Shown: in pieces, positions 1-12,076 of the stretch
Position numbering within the stretch: position 1 is the stretch's first letter
Layout of the letters: every line of letters starts with the position of its first letter
NCBI RefSeq assembly: GCF_006345805.1
Contig: NC_043026.1
Location: forward strand, 7,440,001 to 7,504,000
Direction of reading: 5' to 3'
From: Octopus sinensis
Taxonomy: Eukaryota
Length of the DNA stretch: 64,000 bases
The notes under the pieces: generated by a model
What the model saw: the letters and a program-made list of their open reading frames with translations, nothing else
The model's database searches: none
What the model was told of the DNA's origin: nothing
Position numbers and translations under genes: made by a program

Positions 1-475
1 TTTGCTGGGGGTCAAAAGTCATTTCTCGTCCTGTCCTGTAAATTAATTGACGATGTTAATCTTGTGATAAAACAACGGAACTTCGACCCTGAACACACGG
101 AGGTCACCCTCCCTTAGTTCACCTTAAAACGAGATAATTACTGCACAAGATATTAATAAAATTAGCTTGACTAATTAGAAACGTACTAAATGGGTGGTGC
201 CATCGATAATATTCCTCACGTCTCATGCAGATGATAGAAATTAAAATCCCTAAAATATAATTTAATACACTTTCATAAACACTAACGGGGGCATTCTAAC
301 AGAATCACATCGGAAATAACCCAGAATGGCAAAAACTAATTTCTTCGGATTTGCATTCTAAGTATCTGAGAATGCGATTTATATATAATATATATATTAT
401 TGTCCCAGTTTGTATTTTTCTACATATTTATATATAGCGGCGTCCGTACCCTCGTTGGCCTTATATATATATAAT

Positions 476-525
<50 letters not shown>

Positions 526-1340
526 TATATATGCACACGCGTATACATACAGGGGGAGAATTTTTTGCCCTCAACCTCTCCTTTAACGTAATTTTCCAGA
601 TTTGATTTCTCTTTTGAAAACATAACCTTTTTGTCGCATTTATATATTAAACATCTGCGCTCAATAAATATTCTTCAAAGTTACGTTTAACATAAGAAGA
701 AAAAAATTACGAAAAACCCCTCAAAGCTGAAGGTAAGCCGAAAAGGAGCCCGGGGGTGGGTGGGAATGATTCCCCTCCCTCTTTTTTAGATGCGTAAGCT
801 ACGATGTTTAAAACACACAGTTAGAAGAAATTGTGGTTTGGGGTTACACTAGATAATTACCGATTCTATCCGAAGAGAATAAACCGAAAGAACTATTAAA
901 TACCCATCAAATCACATCCCGAACGACACATTTTTGTCGAAGTCCAGGTTATAAATACACACAAGAGCGGGGCGGTCATGACTGGGACGCCTATGATAAT
1001 TCAATAACAAAAAAAAAAAAAAGAAAGAAAGAAAAAAGAAAGGAAATACCATGCAAAAAATTGACCGGAAAATGGAGAATAATAAAAAAAAAAATGCCAA
1101 CCTCTCTGCCATCACCACCACCATTTAAAACCCTTGTTTTAAATGTATTAAAATTACTTACCAGATAATACCCGGTCCGAATGGTGTTAATTCATAGATG
1201 TAAATGAAGAACTTCGGAAGCGGCTATAATTAATTTAAATTAATTATACGCATCACTGATGTTATTTAAGCAAGAACAATGAAGACGATTGCGGAAAAAA
1301 CTGAAAGGTCGAGCACTTTGGAAGGAAGAACGGAGCTGTC
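1..1340 (-). other. Candidate spliced 5' leader (3 exons) of a gene running off the left edge
   Basis: Donor CTG|GTAAGT at 1162/1161; exon 990-904 with a long T-tract acceptor and GTATTT donor; acceptor TTTTAAG before 122; ATG at 22 (MTFDPQQ...). Confidence 0.35.
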
Positions 1341-1928
1341 AATGGTTAATTTAATTTTGCATATAATATAAAAGGAATTTAGAACGCTTAAACGATTCGT
1401 TACATTAAACAGATAATAAATAATTTATGATCTTATAGAATTAATCGATTTATCGGAGTATTAGGGGGAAATATTTCTGTAGGATGTGATTTAGTTGAAA
1501 GACAAAGCCCACACTCCTTTGTTCCGCTGCAGTCAAGGAGTCAGTGCCCGTGGCAGGCAAGGGAGGTCACTCTAGGGGAAGAGAAAACAAAGCCGCCTTC
1601 CTTTTGACATCACCTTATATTAAATGGTGCAGTCTTTCTCTAGATATAAATAATGGGTGTTCATTCTGTTTATACCTTCACATGTGGTTACAGAAACTAG
1701 TCTGCTACACTAGCACAGGCTGATGTACTATTAGCAGTAGTAGTGGTGGTCTAACAACAGGAAGTGGTATAGGAAACCAATAGATAATGGCTTGTGGGCG
1801 GTGTTCGGAAGTTCATGTCCCCGCTTGTAAAAGTTTCCATTGCGTAAATGAAAGCGAGAGGGACAGAATCCGGTTAGGACGCCGGATAAAACGCTTTGCG
1901 CCGTTCCGTCCGTCTTTACGTCCTGAGA

Positions 1929-2356
1929 GATCTCTTAGATTTGAACGGCAGTTTTTAACATAATTTCTAGGTAACTAAAAAACTTTAAACTTCGTATACT
2001 GGAAGAATGTGTTTATAAAACATCTTTTTCTCTTGGTTTTATTGAGAAAATTCTATAGTTTGTAAGATGTTTGTTGTTTTTTTTTCTTCAATTTCTACAA
2101 TTTCAACCAATCAATGACGTCTATTGAGGTAAAAAAACATTCTGTGCCGTATGAATATATCCCTCGTTTAAGAAACAGGTTGGGTTTATTTACATTTGTG
2201 AAGAAAAACAGATACCCTTCCCCCCACCCGTAACCCTAACTAACCCTAACCCTAAAACAGATTGAAATGCAATAGATCGATACTAGGGTCATAATTATGG
2301 GTGACAATTTCATATGACACTGCGAGAAAAAACTGCCGTTCAAACCGAAAAGATCC
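1929..2356. mobile_element. MITE with about 28-bp TIRs and internal (CCCTAA)n repeats
   Basis: GATCTCTTAGATTTGAACGGCAGTTTTT at the left end and AAAAACTGCCGTTCAAACCGAAAAGATCC at the right end; telomere-like repeats at about 2229-2255. Confidence 0.7.
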
Positions 2357-3084
2357 AACGCTTGGCGCCGTTCCGTCCGTCTTTAAGTTCTGAGTTCAAA
2401 TTCCGACGCTGCTTTTCATCCTTTCGAGGTCGATAAAATAAATACTAGTAAATGGGCGAGCTGGCAGAAACGGTAGCACGCCGGGCGAAATGCGTAGCCG
2501 TATTTCGTCTGTCGTTACGTTCTGAGTTCAAATTCCGCCGAGGTCGACTTTACCTTTCATTCTTCCGGGGTCGATTAAATAAATAAAGACTGACCCCCAC
2601 CCACATATATACAATGAGCTTCTTTCAGTTTCCGCCTACCTTTCACAAGGCTTTGGTCAGCCCGGGGCTATAGTAAAAGACACTTGCTCAAGGTGCCCTG
2701 CAGTGGGACTGAACCCGGAATCATGTGGTTGGGAAGCAAGCTTCTTACCACACAGCCACCCCCATGGCAAATAGAAGCTTTAATGCGTAGAGACACTGGC
2801 ATGAGTGAAGATACGTGCAGAGGGTGTTTCACTTGTGGTCTCAAGATTGTGGTTTCGATTCCTGGACTGGGCGACTTGTGGTGTTCTTGAGCAAGACACT
2901 TCATTTCTCATTGTTCCAGTCTGCTTAGCTGTAAATGGGTCACAACCCTGAGACCGACTGACCGACTGACCGACTGACGTCTCTTTCAGAGAAAATATTA
3001 GGATCTCAGTCACGGATAAACCATGTAGGGTTAATAACTGACCCTGCGTGGCCCAGGACTTGAGACAATAATCTCCAGGGGACT

Positions 3085-3092
3085 TACTACTA

Positions 3093-3157
<65 letters not shown>

Positions 3158-3422
3158 GCTACTGCTGCTACTACTACTATTACTATTGCTGCTGCTACTA
3201 CATTGATGACCTCGAGGAAAAATATTGTTTTCAGAATACCAGACGAAATTGTGTAGTAGTAGTAGTAGTAGTAGTAGCAGCAGCAGTGGTATTTGTAGTA
3301 GTAGTAGTAGTAGCAGCAGTGGTATTTGTAGTAGTAGTAGTAGTAGCAGCAGTGGTATTTGTAGTAGTAGTAGTAGCAGCAATGGTATTTGTAGTAGTAG
3401 TAGTAGTAGTAGTAGTAGCAGT
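3085..3422. repeat. (ACT)n and (AGT)n compound microsatellites in inverted orientation
   Basis: Direct reading of the sequence. Confidence 0.9.
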
Positions 3423-3499
3423 GGTAACCCTCGGACTTTCCCCCCTTCCCATTCCCCCTTGCAGAACAGAAGAACGGTCTTCATCATCACCTGACCAAA

Positions 3500-3764
3500 A
3501 TTAACCAATGAGAACGCAGCAATCCATTCTCTGCCGAATGCCTATCCGTATTTCTGGATATCTCTTCTGCGATGTCCTGATGTCCTTTCCACCGTTTCCA
3601 GCGGATTCCATCCATCTTCCTCTCATCTTTCGTCCTTCACAGACTTTTGCTGCACTGATCCCCCTCCTCCCCTCTCGACCAAAATACCAATTCCGTATCT
3701 CCCGTCCTTCCACCCGTGACTCCGTCCAAGAAAGCTACAGCGGTGCTTAAACAATAATTACAAG
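3500..3764 (+). promoter_or_regulatory. Candidate promoter / non-coding first exon of the zinc-finger gene
   Basis: CCAAT at 3505-3509, a pyrimidine- and CpG-rich unique stretch, and donor AAG|GTAACC at 3765. The link to the ZNF exon is inferred. Confidence 0.3.
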
Positions 3765-6265
3765 GTAACCATTAACATTAACGTTCTTTGAGTATAACTA
3801 CACTTTAGGGCCCCAGTGACTTTGCGTCTTCGTACTTTTCTTAGTTGTTTATTGTTTATTTGTTTTAATCATTGGACTACGGCCATACTGGGATCACCGC
3901 CTTGAAGGGTTTTGAATCTGGTACTCGTTTTGTCGGTCTTTTCGCCAAACTGCTACCTCACAGACGTAAATAAACCAATACCGTTTATCAAGTAGTGGGA
4001 TAAATAGAAGCGCGCGCGCACTCACTCTTATATATATATATACGATGGGGTTCTTTCAGTTTCCAATTACAAGATCCACTCACAAGGTTTTGGTCAGCTA
4101 AGGGTTACAGTGGGAGACATCCGAAGGTGTCACGCAATGGAATTGAACCCGGAATCATGTGGTTGGGAAGTAAGCGTCTTGCAACGCAGACTGCTCATGT
4201 TCCTTGATGAAATTTTGTGGGAAACATTTCCGAAGGTTTTGATGACGTTTATGTCCATGAAATGCTTTTAAAAACATTTCTGTTTTGGAGAAAATAATTA
4301 AGACGTAATTTTTTAAGAAATTGGGGAATTTATAAAATCTTGACTTGAATTACTGAAACGAAATAAAATACCTGCGTTTACTACAGGTATTGCTGTGGTT
4401 TAATTTCTGTGGACTTTTAGATATCATTACATCTAATAATTAATGCTGTTTTAATTAAATACTTTAGAGTCACCAAAATATTTCTTTTTTACTTTTCTAA
4501 TAAATTTGCTTTTTCTTTTTTCATTTCGTTTCGGTATTTCCCGGCCTCATGCATCTTGGAAATTTCGCAGTGGTCCTTCGCTAAATTTACCAAAAAACAA
4601 AAGAAATCCAGGGGAAGGTCTGTAACAGATCGCCTTCATGTGTGGGATTTTTAGAGGAATTTTGCTTTAAGTACCTTCTCATAATTTTTTTAATTCGTTT
4701 TGCATGCAACAACAGCTGCCCCACACAATCTCACAACTCTCTAATGGCATGGGCACTAAATGATTGTATGCTGGACAGTTTCGTTTCCATGCAAGCATCT
4801 CGGGAAAGTTTGGCTGTTGGCACTTTCATGCCTGAAGTGCTTGTCTCAAACATAAAAGACTCCCTCTGGAACACTGCCATGCTGAAGACACTGTATTACT
4901 TGATTCTCTACCTGATGAATTTCTTATAGGAAATACCTTTATGTTTTCTCCTGCATGTCCAATTTGGTAACTCCTATTAGGAAATGAAACACATGTAATG
5001 GTGACTATATAATACCTGAAAATTTTTCCAGTCTCCTGTTTTACTAAATTTAAATGTACAAAGGAGAAATCAGATTGACATTACACTTGTTTCGTTACTC
5101 AGACGATATCTCACACAATGCAATTGTAAATTATCAATTTGATTTTTCCTTTCCCCATTTCGATTCTTACTTTTATTATTCACTGTGTGTGTGGCTTCTT
5201 TTGAGCCTACTGGATCTTACCTTGGAGTTTATTATGCATGTTGGAATTTTGGGAAAATATCTCCGTAAGATTATTCCTTGTTCTGGTCCCTGACTCCCTT
5301 CCTGTGCTTGCAGTGCTTCATCAACCAAGAGGAACCCTTCATCTTGAAGGACGAGAACTTGTATGGCTGAAAGCTGGCTTCAGATGGTACAACACGGTGG
5401 CTTCTACTTTGAATGTTTGGCTGTTTTTGTTGTAACTAAAATACGTTACCAAAATATTACAAAACTTTTGATTCAACACAATATGAACTTAAATACATTT
5501 AGGTTATAAAATGTTCAGCTGTTCTTGGTTAATCATCCTCATCGTTTAACGTCCGCTTTCCATGCTAGCATGGGTTGGACGGTTCAACTGAAGTATGGGA
5601 AGCCCGAAGGCTGCACCAGGCTCCAGTCAGATCTGGCAGAGTTTCTACAGCTGGATGCCCTTCCTAACGCCAACCACTCTGTGAGTGTAGTGGGTGCTTT
5701 TTACGTGCCACCCGCACAGGTGCCAGGCGAGGCTGGCGAACGGCCACGCTCGGATGGTGTTTTTTATGTGCCACCGACACAGGTGCCAGATGAGGCTGGC
5801 AAACGGCCACGCTCGGATGGTGTTTTTTATATCAACAGATTCTCCGAAGAAATTCCCTGAAAAAAAATATTCTTTGTTTTTATATCTTTGCATTTCAAAT
5901 CTGTCTCCTTCATATCTTACATTATTGTTTCTTTATCTTGTTTCAGAATATTGGATGACCTTGGCATTGATTCATTCTTCATCAGATGCGTCGTCAATAT
6001 TTATCATCTTCGAAAGACTAAAAGAAAATGTGATGCAGAACGGATTTGATAATTCCGAAGAATTATGTTGAAATAAGTGGAATGACGTCAATTCTCTTCT
6101 TCAAATTTGTTTTCCTTTTTAATTAAACTTGGATGATTTCGCAAAGAATTTTACAGCATCTTCAAATATCGACAAAGATTATGGTTACTGGAAATACAGC
6201 AGTAGAAATATTTGTCAGGAATATACAATAAAACGAAAATAGGGAAAATATCCCCTTTGGATTAT

Positions 6266-7411
6266 ATGAGAAACTTAATTGGGTTTTATCCTGAAGATAT
6301 GCCAAAAGTGATTGGAAAGTCATCCTATGGTGATGTCCATGGTAAGCCGTTCTCTGGAAGTAGTGACTTAACAAAACTCAAGCGCATTCCTGCCGGAGAG
6401 AAGTCCCATCAGTGTGATATCTGTGGCAAATCATTCACTGAAAATGGTGATTTAACTAAACACAAACGTATTCATACAGGAGAGAAGCCGTTTCACTGCG
6501 ATGTGTGTGGTGTGTCTTTCTCTCAAAAAGGTAACCTCACCACTCATAAACGGATTCATACAGGGGAGAGACCCTATTGCTGTGACATCTGTGGTAAATC
6601 ATTCTCTCAGAGTGGTGAACTGACTATTCACAACCGTATTCACACAGGAGAAAAACCCTATCGTTGCGACATCTGTGGTAAATCGTTCTCTCGTAAAGGT
6701 AACCTAACCACTCATAAGCGTATTCATACAGGAGAGAAACCATATCACTGTGATATCTGTGGTAAGTCCTGCTCGGGCAGTAGCAACCTGATTACTCACA
6801 AGCGCATTCACACAGGGGAGAAGCCATATCAATGTGATGTCTGTGACAAGTCGTTCTCTCAGAGTGGTGAGTTAACAAAACACAAACGTGTTCATACAGG
6901 AGAGAAGCCATTTCATTGTGATATCTGTGGTAAATCATTCTATGGAAGCAGCGAATTAACCATACATAAGTATTTTCATGCAGAAGAGAAAATATACCAG
7001 TGTGATATCTGTGGTAAATCATTCTCAAGGGGGAGCGATTTAACAAGACACATACGAATTCACACAGGAGAGAGGCCTTACAACTGCGATATCTGTGGTA
7101 AATCATTCTCTGAAAACAGTGTCTTGACTAAACACAGACGTATTCATACGGGAGAGAACCCATACCATTGCGATATCTGTGGTAAGCCGTTCTCGCAGAG
7201 TGGTGAATTAACCAGACACATACGTGTTCATACGGGAGAGAAACCATACCACTGTGATATCTGTGGTTCATCCTTTTCTCAGAGTGGTGAACTGACAACA
7301 CACAAACGTGTCCATACAGGGGAGAAGCCATATCACTGTGATGTCTGTGGTAAATCATTCTCTCAAAAAAGTCACTTAACTACGCATGTATCTCTTCATG
7401 CAGAAATGTAA
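6266..7411 (+). CDS. C2H2 zinc-finger protein (12 intact fingers plus 1 degenerate)
   Basis: Tandem CxxC-x12-HxxxH units with TGEKP(Y/F) linkers. The first in-frame ATG is at 6266 (the ORF track starts at TTG 6212) and the stop TAA ends at 7411. A likely exon acceptor TTTCAG lies at 5941-5946. The upstream N-terminal region appears frameshifted (see findings). Confidence 0.9.
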   Translation: MRNLIGFYPEDMPKVIGKSSYGDVHGKPFSGSSDLTKLKRIPAGEKSHQCDICGKSFTENGDLTKHKRIHTGEKPFHCDVCGVSFSQKGNLTTHKRIHTGERPYCCDICGKSFSQSGELTIHNRIHTGEKPYRCDICGKSFSRKGNLTTHKRIHTGEKPYHCDICGKSCSGSSNLITHKRIHTGEKPYQCDVCDKSFSQSGELTKHKRVHTGEKPFHCDICGKSFYGSSELTIHKYFHAEEKIYQCDICGKSFSRGSDLTRHIRIHTGERPYNCDICGKSFSENSVLTKHRRIHTGENPYHCDICGKPFSQSGELTRHIRVHTGEKPYHCDICGSSFSQSGELTTHKRVHTGEKPYHCDVCGKSFSQKSHLTTHVSLHAEM

Positions 7412-7744
7412 TTGCATCAATACTGAAATATAAAACATCATCATCATCATTTAACATCCGTTGTCCATGCTGGCATGGGTTGGATGGTGTGACCAGGGCT
7501 GATAAACTGAGGGCCTGCACCAGACTCTTGTCTGATTTGATATGGTTTCTACAGCTAGATGCCCTTCCTAATGCCAACCACTCCAAGAATGCACAGTTTT
7601 GTTAAGAATGGAGCAAGATAAAGTTATATGCAGAAATACAATTACCTTGATAGAAACACATATTGTGTATCCATATACAGTTTTTGTGATATTTTTGCTG
7701 TTTTTTAATGAAGTATATGTGTGTGTGTGTATATATATATATAT

Positions 7745-7775
<31 letters not shown>

Positions 7776-8083
7776 TGTAAATTTTATCTAGTCCATGCAA
7801 GCATGGAAAGTGGAGGTTAAAACTGATGATGCTGGTGTATGTAGATGTATATATGTGTGTGTGTGTGTGTTTAAACTGATGTAATTAATAACAGCTTCGA
7901 TTAGTTCTGATTGGGTCACAGGTTTTGGTTTTGTATTTATCAATTTAATTAGATTTTGTTAAGACAATTACTAAATTTAATATAAAATGAACTAAATTTG
8001 ATCTTACAAAATCTCTTTTCTTGCATGGTTTTTAGAACACAAAAGAAAATAAAAGAAGACTTTTTTTATTTAAAAGAAATATT

Positions 8084-9930
8084 TTAATCTTTTTCATAAT
8101 TCACTTTGATTGTTACATTTGCAAAATATGACCTTGTTTTTGGTTTTAGCGTTACGAAGTATTTTCCCACTTTTGGATGTCTAATCGAAAGGAATTGGTC
8201 CGTTCCGGGCTGACTTGATCGCCATTTTGTCAAACGTTCAGAGCACCGACTTCTTTTGTAGCAAGCATAAACATCTACTTCTCCGGTTCCAGCAAAAGTA
8301 ATAACTTTCACTTTCTTTAATGATACCGTCTTCACATTGAGTTTAAACAAGATTTTCTCTCCAGGAACTGAACTCAGACCCTCAACTACTGAGTTCTCAT
8401 GAATGTTACGGATGTACATAGATATATCGCAGACTTTGATGCCTACTTTTGCAAAAGATTCTTGTACAGAAGCTGTATCATAGCCAAGATCATAAGTGGA
8501 CTTCATGATGTCACAAGCAGCCTCTGTGAAGTTGGTTTTTGGATGCCAGTAGAAACGGTTGCTGTGTGCCGTTATCTGGAATACTTTCTTAACACTCCAG
8601 TCTTTGTAATTGGCTAACAGACAGTAGAACCGGTTGAACACTCCGCTGAGGTAGTGCACATCCATATCATCGGAGATGTTTCCAGCATCTGTGATTGATT
8701 TACCATCCTCCGATTGTTTACAAAGTTTGCGTATCGAATTTTTGGTGACGCCGCCTCCAGCTTCCCAGTCGTTGCTTCCTTTTTCAAAATATTCGGCTGC
8801 CTCTCCGGCCAGGTCACTGAAGGATTCGTCGATGCCCCCCGACTGACCCTTGTACACCAGGTTTGAATGTTCTTCTGTGAAGCAGTGTGTCACTTCATGA
8901 GCAACTATGTCGAGACCGACAAGAGGCAGGAAGGTGTCATCACCATCACCAAACGTGAAGTTTCGGCCGTTGTAGTTAGCCACGGCCGTGTTGTGTCCGT
9001 AGTGCACCCGAAAGATCATAGGCAATTGTTTCTTCGGGGGCACTTTCACCCATTCCATGTACATATTGTGGATAATGGTACCGTAGAAAAGAGCATCATT
9101 TACCGGGGAATAAGCTCCATTTATTTCATCCTTTGCACCATTCTTGCAGTTGGTATGATAAGTTTTTTCATCCTCATCGGAGAGAAACTCCTTCCCATTC
9201 AGGTTCACAACAATCACGAAGCTGTTGCGGAAATAGCAATCTTCTCCCGTCCGCCTCACCTGCAAATAAGGGAGCAGTTCCCCGTATGTTTTCTTCCCTA
9301 TCAATTTGTTCCCTCCTATGCCTTTCATCTGATATTTCTCTCTCGCAGTTTCTAGTGTGTTCCATTTGTCTACAAGCCTTCCAGTCTTCGCATTGATCAT
9401 CATGCAAAATCGATAATTTTCCCCATCAGACACAGCAAAGTATTGAACTCGGTAAACCAGAATTCCGATACTGTCCTTCACATAGATCATCAACTGAGGT
9501 TTGTCGCTGTCTATGCGGGCCCCTTCCATAGGGAATTTGCCATACATCAGAGCTAATTGCACAGCTTCCTGTTCAGTGACATTTGGTATTGTAGAGTTGA
9601 TGTCATCATCAAGGTTTTGAACTAGTTTACCTGTCACCTGGCCAGTGTACACATGGGTTTTGGCATCTGTCTCCACGGTGAGGGTGGCATCAAACACGGG
9701 AAGCCCTCTGTAGGTCTCGTGGTACTTTTTGATGTCTGTTCCTTGTACGCTTGGTGCTGAATCTGTTAATTCGACATCCTCGTCTTTGGTTAGACCAAAC
9801 AGGTCACGTGTGGTGATCATGTGACTCGGCTGTCGCTTCACCATCTCACTCAGCGTCTCCACGTTGGACAGGAACACGTCCCGAGCCTGTCGCCATTTCG
9901 CTGACGTCACACAATGGCTCCCCAGGAACG
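8084..9930 (-). CDS. M4 family (thermolysin/vibriolysin/pseudolysin-like) zinc metalloprotease, exon 2 of 2 (FTP + PepSY propeptide, catalytic domain, C-terminal PPC domain)
   Basis: Uninterrupted ORF with HEVTH (HExxH, 8885-8899), GQSGGIDESFSDLAGEAAE (third Zn ligand), DVHYLSGVFNR, INGAYSPVNDA and GGNKLIGK. Propeptide motifs are YHETYRGLPVF and INAKTGRLVDKW, and the tail is PPC-like (GLSSVPGE...GTGEVDVY...PKVGKYFV). A (CT)n polypyrimidine tract plus AG acceptor lies at 9932-9931 (phase 1). Stop TAA is at 8086-8084. Confidence 0.93.
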
Positions 9931-9979
9931 CTAGAGAGAGAGAGAGAAAGAGGAAGATAATAATGGTTTCAAATTTTGC

Positions 9980-10720
9980 CACAAGGGCAGCAACTTTAGG
10001 GGAGGGGGCGAGTCAGTTACATAGACCCCAGTCTTTAACTGATACTTATTCTATCGACCCCGAAAGCATAAAAGGTAAAGTCGACCATGGCGGAATTTGA
10101 ACTCAGAACATAACAGCAGACAAAATACCTATTTCTTTACTACCCACAAGGGGCTAAACACAGAGAGGACAAACAAGGACAGACAAAGGGATTAAGTCGA
10201 TTACATCGACCTCAGTGCGTAACTGGTACTTAATTTATCGACCCCGAAAGGATGAAAGGTAAAGTCAACCTTGGCGGAATTTGAACTCAGAACATAACGG
10301 CAGACAAAATACCTATTTCTTTACTACCCACAAGGGGACAAACACGAGGACAGACAAATGCATTAAGTCGATTACATCGACCCCAGTGTGTAACTGGTAC
10401 TTAATTTATCGACTCTGAAAGGATGAAAGGCAAAGTCAACCTCGGCGGAATTTGAACTCAGAATGTAGCGGCAGACGAAATACCTATTTCTTTACTACCC
10501 ACAAGGGGCTAAATACAGAGAGGACAAACATGGACAGACATAGGTATTAAGTCGATTACATCGACCTCCCCAGTGCGTAACTGGTACTTAATTTATCGAC
10601 CACGAAAGGATGAAAGGCAAAGTCGACCTCGGCGGAATTTGAACTCAGAACGTAACGGCAGACGAAATATCGATCAGAATTTCGCCCGGTGCAATAGCGT
10701 TTCTGCCAGCTTGCTGTCTT
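9980..10720 (-). mobile_element. SINE family B with about 4 tandem ~180-bp units (in M4 intron)
   Basis: Repeated GACCCCGAAAGGATGAAAGGCAAAGTCGACCTCGGCGGAATTTGAACTCAGAAC units. Other copies at about 2455-2580, 21510-21900, 30870-31280, 43800-44340, 52020-52250, 56590-56810 and 59770-60180. Confidence 0.75.
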
Positions 10721-10952
10721 TGATGGGCGAAATACTGTTAAGTATTTTGTCCATTGCACTAATGATTCTGTCAGCTCATCGCCTTAAAGAAGAAAAAAAT
10801 AATAATAATATTTGAAGAGAATATTATGAGAAAAAGATCTTTAACCCTTCGGCAGCAGCAGTTTTCTGTCGAAAGGAATGGTTTTTTTATTCACAAGTCT
10901 TTTATTAATCATGCATTATCTTGTGGCTTTGAGGTTTTGATGGACGTAACTC

Positions 10953-11346
10953 TCTTTTACTTGTTTCAGTCATGTGACTGTGGCCATGCTGGAGCACTGC
11001 CTTTAGTCGAAGAAATCGACCCCAGGACTTATTCTTTGTAAGCCTATTACTTATTCTATCGGTCTCTTTTGCCAAACTGCTAAGTTACGGGAACGTAAAC
11101 ACACCAGCGTCAGCTGTCAAGTGATAATGGGGAGACAAACACAGATACACAAACATATTCACACACACACACACATATATATATATATACATACATACAT
11201 ATATATGGCAGGCTTCTTTTAGTTTCCATCTACCAAATCCACTCACAAGGCTATAGTAGAAGACACTTGCCCAAGGTGTCACACAGTTGGACTGAACCCA
11301 GAACCAAGTGGTTGGTAAGCAAGCCACTTACCACACAGCCACTCCT
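10953..11346 (-). mobile_element. SINE family A copy (in M4 intron)
   Basis: Reverse complement of the same consensus with an internal deletion. Confidence 0.7.
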
Positions 11347-11782
11347 AATAATAATAACAACAATAATAATAATATCAATACTAATATTATTACTATTACT
11401 AAGGTATGTGCTAATTCTCTTATTACCACAATCATCATAATTATTAATTAGAATTTATGTGATAAAATGCTGAAGAGAGAGAAAAGGGGTGGGTGTGAGG
11501 AGAGGTGAAGGGCTTTAGTTATCTTTTGATATGGGAAAAGACATTATCCAGTTATTATCATTATTATAACTTGTTGCTCTTATTATCATCATTATTATTA
11601 TTATTATTATTATTAATGTTATGGCAGTGAGCTGGCAGAATCGTTAGCACATCAGGCATAAAGCTTTGCAGTATTTTGCCTGTCACTAGGTTCTGAGTTC
11701 AAATTCCACTGAGGGTGACTTTGCCTTTCGTCCTTATTATTATTATTATATTATTATTATTATATTATTATTATTATCATTG

Positions 11783-12030
11783 TGGAGGCATGTGGTTTAG
11801 TGGTTAGGGTGCCAGCACCATGATTGTAAGATTGTGGTTTCGATTCCTGGACCGGGCGACGTGCTGTGTTCTTGAGCAAAACACTTCATTTCACATTGCT
11901 CCAGTCCACTCAGCTGGCAAAAATGAGTAACACTGCGATGGACTGTCGTCCCGTCCAGATGGAGAACACATAGACCATTGAAACTGGGAAACCAGGCCCA
12001 TGAGCCTGGCTAGGCTTTAAAAGGGCGTAT
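11783..12030 (+). mobile_element. tRNA-derived SINE family C
   Basis: GGAGGCATGTGGTTTAGTGGTTAGG...GGTTTCGATTCC boxes; an inverted copy at about 51640-51880 and degenerate tandem copies at about 47304-48010. Confidence 0.7.
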
Positions 12031-12040
12031 TTATTTATTA

Positions 12041-12076
<36 letters not shown>

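Noticed and set aside
1478-1756. Solo LTR (TGTAGGA...CTAACA)
   Set aside because: TG...CA ends are present but no TSD or second copy was found.
2229-2255. Telomere
   Set aside because: There are only a few CCCTAA units, and they are internal to a MITE.
2780-3508. 242-aa poly-Leu/poly-Ser ORF
   Set aside because: It is made of trinucleotide repeats plus SINE sequence.
9931-9982. ORF-track N-terminus MAKFETIIIFLFLSLSL as a bacterial-style signal peptide
   Set aside because: It starts at a GTG at a SINE edge and is the translated (CT)n polypyrimidine tract before an AG acceptor. A better ATG exon exists at 16191.
8084-9982. M4 gene as bacterial contamination
   Set aside because: It has no bacterial neighbours, is directly flanked by host SINEs and microsatellites, and has a phase-matched spliceosomal intron. 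Read-level confirmation is still advisable.
10030-10720. Regularly spaced repeats resembling a CRISPR array
   Set aside because: Whole ~180-bp units repeat with no unique spacers. This is a tandem SINE family found throughout the window, and no cas genes are present.
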